From positions 1-64,000 of the forward strand of contig JABMQJ010000026.1 of assembly GCA_013203315.1 (NCBI GenBank): DNA of 64,000 nt, given 5' to 3'. Below are positions 57,731 to 64,000 of this stretch, one piece after another. Origin of the DNA: Candidatus Omnitrophota bacterium (GTDB lineage: Bacteria; Omnitrophota; Gorgyraeia; JABMRN01; RBG-13-46-9). How positions within the stretch are numbered: the stretch's first letter is position 1; each line of letters opens with the position of its first letter. The position numbers and the translations under genes are program-made. The notes under the pieces were generated by a model. It was given only the letters and a program-made list of their open reading frames with translations. It had not been told where the DNA came from and ran no database searches.

Positions 57731-59746
57731 ATGAAATACATAATTAAAAAAGACATACCGCGTAAGTTTAAAAATATTGACTATAAAAAAGCATTAAATC
57801 CGGAACAACTCAAAGTTGTTACAGGAGCCGAGGGTCCGAGCCTTGTGCTCGCCGGGGCGGGCAGCGGAAAAACAAGGACCCTTATTTACCGCGTAGCCTA
57901 TCTCCTCGAAAAAGGCATCTCACCGCAGAATATTTTACTCGTTACATTTACGAATAAAGCCGCAAAAAACATGGAGGAGAGAATTGAGGGGCTTTTGGAA
58001 GCCAAGCCCAAGCGACTGTGGAGTGGTACCTTCCATCACATCGGCAACCGGTCCTTGCGCCTTTTTACGAAAGACCTGGGATACAGGCAAAACTACAATA
58101 TTCTTGACCAAGAAGATTCCGTTGATTTGCTCAAGGTTTGTATAAAAAACCTGAATATCAAAGTTCACGAAGAGCGTTTTCCACGCCCGAAGGTCCTGCG
58201 TTCCATAATAAGTTATTCCGTAAATTCCGACAAAACTATAGAGGAGACCCTGGAAAGGCAGCACCCCTATTTCCTGCGTTTTCACGATACGATACAAAAA
58301 ATTAAAGCAGAATATGATGCTAAGAAACTCTCATCCAGCAACATGGATTACGATGATCTTCTCGTAAAATGGTTATGGCTCCTCAAGAACGTAGAAAGGG
58401 CCAGGGAGAGATTTTCGAAACAATTTCACTATATTCTCGTAGATGAATATCAGGATACTAACAGGCTTCAATCGGCTATTATAAAGGAGCTTTCCGGATT
58501 ACATGGAAACGTTCTGGCGGTCGGAGATGACGCCCAGGCCATATATTCTTTCAGGGGGGCGGACGTGTCAAATATACTGCATTTTCCCAAAGAATACCCC
58601 GATGCGAAAATATTTAAACTGGAAAGCAATTACCGCTCGTCTCCTGAGATCCTGGATCTCGCAAACGACTCCATATCGTATAACAGGAATCAATTTGAAA
58701 AGCACCTAAGGACTGTTAACGAAAACGGCTCGAAACCCGCCCTTATAGAGGTAAGGGATATGCGCGCCCAATCAAATTTTGTAGCCCAGCGCATACTGGA
58801 ATTGCGTGACGAAGGGGTGGAGCTAAAAGATATGGCCGTTCTTTTCAGGGCGCACTACCAGGCGGCGGAGCTGGAAATGGAGTTCACAAAAAGAGGTATT
58901 CCTTTTATTGTCCGCGGCGGAATCCGTTTTTTTGAACAGGCGCATATTAAAGACGTTTTAGCGCATGCCAAGATTTTGACAAATCCTTTTGATGAGATCT
59001 CGTGGATTAGGGCGCTTTCCATCCAATCCGGTATCGGCACCGCTTACGCGGGCCGCGTTTTTAATGAGTTTTTAAGCTTAGGTGACTTGAATAAAATGAC
59101 AGGCAAAGAATTCGGAAGGTTCCTTCCGGAAAGATCCCGAAAGGGCCTTAAGAATTTCAAGAAAATAATGAATTCCATAGTAAATGAGGGATTGGAAAAA
59201 AGGCCTGACGAAGTAATCAGGCGAATTATTGATTCAGGCTACGCCGACTACGTAATGACGCATTTCGACAATGCCAAAGACAGGGTAGACGATTTGCATG
59301 AGCTTGTAAACTTCGCGCACGATTACAAGAATATAAAAACGCTTTTGCATGATATTACGCTGCGGGAGCCGTTCAAGGGTGAAACCATCACCGGATCACC
59401 TTCACACGATGAATATATCGTGCTTTCTACGATCCACCAGGCAAAAGGGCTGGAGTGGAAGGCTGTTTTTATGGTAGGGCTTTGCGAAGGGCAATTTCCA
59501 CACCCAAAGGCCAAGGAGGATCCGCTACAGCTGGAAGAAGAAAGAAGGCTGTTTTATGTCGCGGCGACAAGAACAAAGAGCGACTTATTCCTGTTGCACC
59601 CGATCACGAGGTATGATTACCAGATGGGGACAGTTATTTCACGTAAGTCATTGTTTTTAGAGGAGTTAAGTCCAGAACTCTATGATCATTGGGAGATAGA
59701 GGAAGAATATGCTGAGAATTGCGTTATAGATCTTGACAGGGGCTAA
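57731..59746 (+). CDS. UvrD/PcrA/Rep family SF1 DNA helicase
   Basis: AGAGSGKT, TFTNKAA, VDEYQD, VGDDAQAIY.FRGA, STIHQAKGLE and EERRLFYVA.TR motifs. The track start 57710 lies inside the predicted promoter. Confidence 0.93.
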   Translation: MKYIIKKDIPRKFKNIDYKKALNPEQLKVVTGAEGPSLVLAGAGSGKTRTLIYRVAYLLEKGISPQNILLVTFTNKAAKNMEERIEGLLEAKPKRLWSGTFHHIGNRSLRLFTKDLGYRQNYNILDQEDSVDLLKVCIKNLNIKVHEERFPRPKVLRSIISYSVNSDKTIEETLERQHPYFLRFHDTIQKIKAEYDAKKLSSSNMDYDDLLVKWLWLLKNVERARERFSKQFHYILVDEYQDTNRLQSAIIKELSGLHGNVLAVGDDAQAIYSFRGADVSNILHFPKEYPDAKIFKLESNYRSSPEILDLANDSISYNRNQFEKHLRTVNENGSKPALIEVRDMRAQSNFVAQRILELRDEGVELKDMAVLFRAHYQAAELEMEFTKRGIPFIVRGGIRFFEQAHIKDVLAHAKILTNPFDEISWIRALSIQSGIGTAYAGRVFNEFLSLGDLNKMTGKEFGRFLPERSRKGLKNFKKIMNSIVNEGLEKRPDEVIRRIIDSGYADYVMTHFDNAKDRVDDLHELVNFAHDYKNIKTLLHDITLREPFKGETITGSPSHDEYIVLSTIHQAKGLEWKAVFMVGLCEGQFPHPKAKEDPLQLEEERRLFYVAATRTKSDLFLLHPITRYDYQMGTVISRKSLFLEELSPELYDHWEIEEEYAENCVIDLDRG

Positions 59747-59814
59747 AAACAAGCTTAAACGTTGTTAGGTTATAAAAAAGCCACATTCTTACCCTTCTTT
59801 TTCCCCCCATTCTG

Positions 59815-59823
59815 TGCTATACT
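59815..59823 (+). promoter_or_regulatory. Possible extended -10 element upstream of the ECF sigma gene
   Basis: TGcTATACT, with no clear -35. Confidence 0.4.
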
Positions 59824-59976
59824 CTATGTAGAGTTAAATAAAGTGCTTGAATGAAGACAACGAGCAAAACGTAAGATTTTCGACAGGCATTTTTTTTGTC
59901 AACTAACTAAAAGCTTTAAAAAAGTATTACCTATATGTATGATGCAAGTTTTACGCAAGTACTGGAGGAACCCAGA

Positions 59977-60567
59977 ATGAAACATTTCACGGACGAGCAA
60001 TTGATAAAGAAAGCGAAGCGTAAAGATAAGAGCGCTTTTAGCGAGGTCATTGATAGGTATAGCGATAAGATGCTCGGGTATCTCTATCGATACGTGGGTG
60101 ACTATCAGAAAGCCGAAGACCTGACGGTTGAAACATTTTTCAACGCGTATAAAAGGCTGAAAACCTACACGGAAATGGGCAAATTCAGTTCGTGGCTTTA
60201 CATGATAGCGACAAACTGTGCACGGAAAGAGTTACAAAAAAGGGCCCGCTCCAAGGAGGTTTCGCTTGAAAAGCCTTTGGGCGTAGGGGCGAAGGAAGAT
60301 ATAAACTTAGGCGACTTGATAGCCGATGAAAAAACACGTCCCGATTACAACGCCAGGCAAACCGAACTTAAAGAGCTGATTTACAGCGCGATATCAAAGC
60401 TGGATAAAAAGTATAAAGACGTTTTGCTATTTTGCGATGTCGAAGGTTTATCTTATGAAGAGGCAGCCAAGATTTTGAAGTGCAATCCGATAACAATCGG
60501 CACCAGAGTAAGAAGGGCACGAATCATGCTATACAATACACTGCGAAGATATGGTTATGAATTCTAA
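59977..60567 (+). CDS. ECF-type sigma-70 factor
   Basis: Region 2 (AEDLT.ETF, FSSWLY.IA.N) and region 4 (EGLSYEE.A.IL.....T...R..RAR); GGAGG lies 8 nt before ATG 59977. Confidence 0.92.
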   Translation: MKHFTDEQLIKKAKRKDKSAFSEVIDRYSDKMLGYLYRYVGDYQKAEDLTVETFFNAYKRLKTYTEMGKFSSWLYMIATNCARKELQKRARSKEVSLEKPLGVGAKEDINLGDLIADEKTRPDYNARQTELKELIYSAISKLDKKYKDVLLFCDVEGLSYEEAAKILKCNPITIGTRVRRARIMLYNTLRRYGYEF

Positions 60568-60781
60568 AACAAGGTGTCTATACCCTGTATATGGGGGCGT
60601 CCCCATAAAGATGATTTTTTTTGAAATAAAGTGAAATATTCCGGGATTTAGGGGATTATACATAATAGAAGCTTAAAAAAGCTTGGCAAAAATCTACGTG
60701 TTTTGAGTTTCGTATCTACGTCTTTTTTTATGTCCTGAAACTTAGGACATTTAAAAAGGGATAAATAAGGAGATCTACGTG

Positions 60782-63700
60782 ATGAATGCTTGGCGTCCTT
60801 GGCAGTCTTGGCGAGTTTGGCAAGAACGCAAACTAAATAAACGCGAAAGTAATTATAATAATATAGATGCTAATGGTCTATCCGGAGGCGGTGTGTCTTC
60901 GGACGATTCTATGGAAGGCATGGCAGTTTGGACAAAACGCCATGCCCTTTTAATTAAAACTTTAGCATGGGTTTTAGTTTTTGCTTTTATAGTTTATGAC
61001 ATAACATGGGCGCAGGGCGGCGAGCCGCTTAGCCTTGGCGCTAAGGCGAGCGCCGTAAAAGTAAACGGCAGAGTTCACGAAGAAGGCATCAGGATACCGC
61101 GCGACGCCGGCTGGGCTCACGAATCGCATATCAACGGCAGCGACGAATTTATATTTAACATACAAGACCCGCACGCAAGCCTCGATGCACAGCACTCAAT
61201 CGTAAGAATCCTCGAGTCACTAAGCTCAAACTACGACCTGAACCTAATCGCGTTAGAAGGCGCCGAAGGCCCGATAGACATATCGTTTTTACGGACCTTC
61301 CCGGACGCTGAGATACGGAAGCACGCGGCCGAATATCTAATGCGCGAAGGCCGCATGTCAGCGGGTGAATTCTTCGCAATTGTATCCGAAAAACCGATAA
61401 AGCTCTACGGCATAGAAAATAGTCGCCTGTATCTCGAAAACGTGGAAGTATTTACGAAATTCATGGAATCGAGGCAAGGCTGCATAGACCACGTAAAAGG
61501 CGCTTTAAAAGCCCTAGAGAAATTCGCGCCAAAAGTTTACTCAAAAGACCTTCAAAAGTTATTGAAAGCGTCCAGGCTCCACGAGGAAGACAAGCTCGCA
61601 TTCGTTAAGTACTGGGAAGTTATTACGAAAATCGCAGAAGAACGCAATGTTGAACTTGGGGATTTTGCGGGCCTTCCGCAACTACTGGCAGCAATTGAAA
61701 TCGAGAAGGAAATCGATACAAAAGAGCTCAACAAGGAAAGAAAGCAGCTTCTTGACGAGCTTACAAATACGCTCACAAAGCCAGAGCTCGAAGACCTCGT
61801 AAAAACATCTCTCGATTACAAAACCGGCAAAGTATCCCAAAGCCAGTTTCACAAGTACGTGATGCGCCTTGCGCTGGATAAAGGCCTTTTCCTTCAGCAA
61901 TACTCCAACCTGGCAACGTTTAGCCGATACATCGCCGCTTACGAAGACATAAACTTCATGCAGCTTTTCCTCGAGATAGAGCAAGTTGAAGCCCGTCTCA
62001 GGGAGATCTTATTCCTGAGCGATGAAGAAAGGGAGCTCTATAACTTCACAAAAGCAGTCCGCACCACAAAAAAGCTATTCGATATCGCAGTAGGCAATAG
62101 CGACTACGAATTTATCCTGGAAAGCAAGAAATACTTCAATACAGATAACCTGCGCGAATTTATTAACAAAACCTACAAAAAATATGCCCTGATCAATGAA
62201 GATGAGTATGACGTAAATCGCGTATTCGAAAAACTAAGTGATGGCACCGAGCTTTATAACGTAGCCCAAAAGCGTAATAATGCCATGATTTCAAACACCC
62301 TAAGAGCCATGAGGATTAACAAGGAATACGCTGCCGCTCTCATAACCGGTGGTTTCCACTCAAAAGGCTTAGCAGAACTCATAAGAAAAAAAGAGCTTTC
62401 ATACCTGATTGTAATGCCGAAATACGAAGGCGAAAACAAAAGGCCGTATATAGCCGTTCTTACACAGAAACGCCAACCTTACGAGGAACTTCTTGAAACC
62501 GGCGAATACATGCTAGCAGTAAGGGCTTTCTGTTGGGACAGCGATCCGCGGAACATGGCAAGGGTCATAATGCCGATCGCAATATTGGCAGAACGCGGGC
62601 CTCTATCATTTGAAGATCTTGTTACGCAACACTATGAACAATTTTTACCTGTTTTTGAATACTATCAGAAGGCAAGAGAACAGTGGGGTGGCGATGGCTT
62701 GAGAACGCCGGTTGCGGAAAAAGACTTCTGCGCTATATACGGAGCAGAGGCGGATGCAAGCGGTAAACCGATTAGGGGCGAAGATGGCAAAATTCAGATA
62801 AAAACAAAACCGGTTGTAGTTAGAACATCGGTAGCGAACACACCAGTTTTTGTCGTGCGCCTCAAAATAAACGGTGAGAGTTTTGTTGGCTGCTTCGCTG
62901 AAAAAGACGGAAATTTTGAGTACCTCAGCCTGGATAGCTCAATGGCTAAAAAAGCAATAAGGAGCGCGACACGAAAAACCAGGAGATTAGCTTCGGAAAG
63001 AAAAGAAATTACCGCCGCAGTAGCGCGAGACGTTTCAATTGACGGGGCTGAAGGCATATTAGAAGGGCTAGGATCGCTATATATAGAGGAAAGCGCACTT
63101 AATACAGACCAAATAGCAGAGCGTGATAAGGCGCTTGAACTTATTGGAGCAGCAGCCAGTCGGCTTAATGGCCAAGAGGTAACCGTTAATAGGGCTGTTC
63201 GAGCCTTTGCAGGCGCAGCAGGTGCAGCAGGATATAGGATAGACCGAAAGAAGATCGGAGAAGACCTTCAGAATGTTATTGCAGCAGAAATAAAAAAGAA
63301 ATTAACACCGGAAGCTGCAGTCATACCGGATTTAGATAACAGGCTTAGCGAAAAGATAGAAAGATCCTTAAAGGAGCACCCCGAACAGAGAAATCCGGAA
63401 TCCCTAGCAAGTTTAAAACAAAAGCTGCTGGAATTATACAAAAAGATTTCGTCTTCTAAAGATATATTAGGTAACCCGGAGAAACAGGAGAAACTAGCGG
63501 CATTAATTGAATATACATTTGACAAGCTTTTAGATCAAGACGTAGATGATCTGAAGCTCCCGTATACTCCTCACGGCGCAAAACACTCGCTTGACGTTGC
63601 TAATTATATGGAAAGCCTGGTAGAAAATACCCCCGGTCTTAAAGAAAGGCTGGAAGATCTCTACGGCGAGAATTATAAAGAAATAGTTTTTTTGCTTGGA

Positions 63701-64000
63701 CTTCTTCATGACATAGGATATGCCGGATTGGAAGGCGCTAAGAAACAATTTGGAAAAGATAAAGTCGAAAAAGGTTATCATGCTGACTTAGGTGCGGCTA
63801 TGGCAAGGGATGACTTATCCGCTATTTTGCGGGAACTTTTTGGCATGGAAAGAGATGGGTCTCGGGAAGACAAAAGCGCGTTAGACGATTTCATAGATGC
63901 GATATTGCTGCACGGCGCGGATAAACGAAGTGTAGAAGAAGAAGGTCCTGAAGGTTCCGGCGAGCATAAGCATACACCGGCAAGCGAAACTAATAACCCT
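60782..64000 (+). CDS. Large exported multidomain protein (at least 1073 aa, 3'-truncated; absent from the ORF track): signal peptide, TraB/Tiki/EreA-like domain, HD domain
   Basis: Hand translation of frame 2 is stop-free from GTG 60779/ATG 60782 (TAAGGAG at 60766) to 64000. It contains KRHALLIKTLAWVLVFAFIVYDITWA-QG, IQDPH 61160, LEG 61253, RNNAM 62273, GGFH 62348, PYTPHGAKHS 63560 and LLHDIGY 63701. Starts at 60893, 60911 or 60920 are also possible. Confidence 0.9.
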   Translation, partial: MNAWRPWQSWRVWQERKLNKRESNYNNIDANGLSGGGVSSDDSMEGMAVWTKRHALLIKTLAWVLVFAFIVYDITWAQGGEPLSLGAKASAVKVNGRVHEEGIRIPRDAGWAHESHINGSDEFIFNIQDPHASLDAQHSIVRILESLSSNYDLNLIALEGAEGPIDISFLRTFPDAEIRKHAAEYLMREGRMSAGEFFAIVSEKPIKLYGIENSRLYLENVEVFTKFMESRQGCIDHVKGALKALEKFAPKVYSKDLQKLLKASRLHEEDKLAFVKYWEVITKIAEERNVELGDFAGLPQLLAAIEIEKEIDTKELNKERKQLLDELTNTLTKPELEDLVKTSLDYKTGKVSQSQFHKYVMRLALDKGLFLQQYSNLATFSRYIAAYEDINFMQLFLEIEQVEARLREILFLSDEERELYNFTKAVRTTKKLFDIAVGNSDYEFILESKKYFNTDNLREFINKTYKKYALINEDEYDVNRVFEKLSDGTELYNVAQKRNNAMISNTLRAMRINKEYAAALITGGFHSKGLAELIRKKELSYLIVMPKYEGENKRPYIAVLTQKRQPYEELLETGEYMLAVRAFCWDSDPRNMARVIMPIAILAERGPLSFEDLVTQHYEQFLPVFEYYQKAREQWGGDGLRTPVAEKDFCAIYGAEADASGKPIRGEDGKIQIKTKPVVVRTSVANTPVFVVRLKINGESFVGCFAEKDGNFEYLSLDSSMAKKAIRSATRKTRRLASERKEITAAVARDVSIDGAEGILEGLGSLYIEESALNTDQIAERDKALELIGAAASRLNGQEVTVNRAVRAFAGAAGAAGYRIDRKKIGEDLQNVIAAEIKKKLTPEAAVIPDLDNRLSEKIERSLKEHPEQRNPESLASLKQKLLELYKKISSSKDILGNPEKQEKLAALIEYTFDKLLDQDVDDLKLPYTPHGAKHSLDVANYMESLVENTPGLKERLEDLYGENYKEIVFLLGLLHDIGYAGLEGAKKQFGKDKVEKGYHADLGAAMARDDLSAILRELFGMERDGSREDKSALDDFIDAILLHGADKRSVEEEGPEGSGEHKHTPASETNNP
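60790..60826 (+). repeat. 9-bp period tandem repeat TTGGC-N4 x4 (encodes WRPWQSWRVWQE)
   Basis: t-tggcgtcct-tggcagtct-tggcgagtt-tggcaagaa. Confidence 0.75.

Noticed and set aside
60660-60760. c-di-GMP or other riboswitch ahead of the last gene
   Set aside because: GGCAAA is present, but the paired GNRA/receptor stems and the remaining consensus are not.
60790-60826. CRISPR-like array (also considered for the repeats at 1-333 and 32901-32980)
   Set aside because: The units are 7-39 bp, tandem or in-frame coding, without unique spacers of regular length, and no cas genes are present.
60974-63781. Minus-strand ORFs listed in the last 3 kb
   Set aside because: They are shadows of the uninterrupted + strand frame-2 ORF that runs off the window end.

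Overview
Bacterial chromosomal window with 36 of 37 credible genes on the + strand. It is bracketed by two very large, partly truncated genes. Left (<1..17781): at least 5926 codons, with frame 1 open from base 1. It encodes low-complexity repeats, two transmembrane clusters, a complete internal SecA-type ATPase motor, a long TPR/coiled-coil region and a JAB/MPN-like HSHP motif. Right (about 60782..>64000): missed by the ORF track because it has no stop in the window, and it follows an ECF sigma factor. It encodes a signal peptide, a predicted TraB/Tiki/EreA-like H-E-RN-GxxH domain and an HD phosphohydrolase domain. Between them lie a five-gene glycosylation cluster (two PMT/ArnT-like, one GT2, one GT-A, one GT64/EXTL2-like), dinB-hflKC, ilvD-ilvB-ilvN-ilvC-leuA, aroE-pilD-aroC-aroK, a PAS/HD-GYP gene, dprA-topA-xerC, a long LPS (Kdo-lipid A/core) operon with two fusion genes, polX, an M48 peptidase and a UvrD/PcrA helicase. 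The 534-bp gap before polX is almost completely filled by nested inverted repeats (perfect stems of 33, 22 and 18 bp) that fold into a multi-arm structure of about 470 nt matching no RNA family I recognise. Giant multidomain genes plus LPS and pilD suggest a diderm of the Omnitrophota/PVC type; this is inference and was not tested. No rRNA, tRNA, CRISPR array or transposase was seen. All domain calls come from reading motifs by eye; no database search was run.
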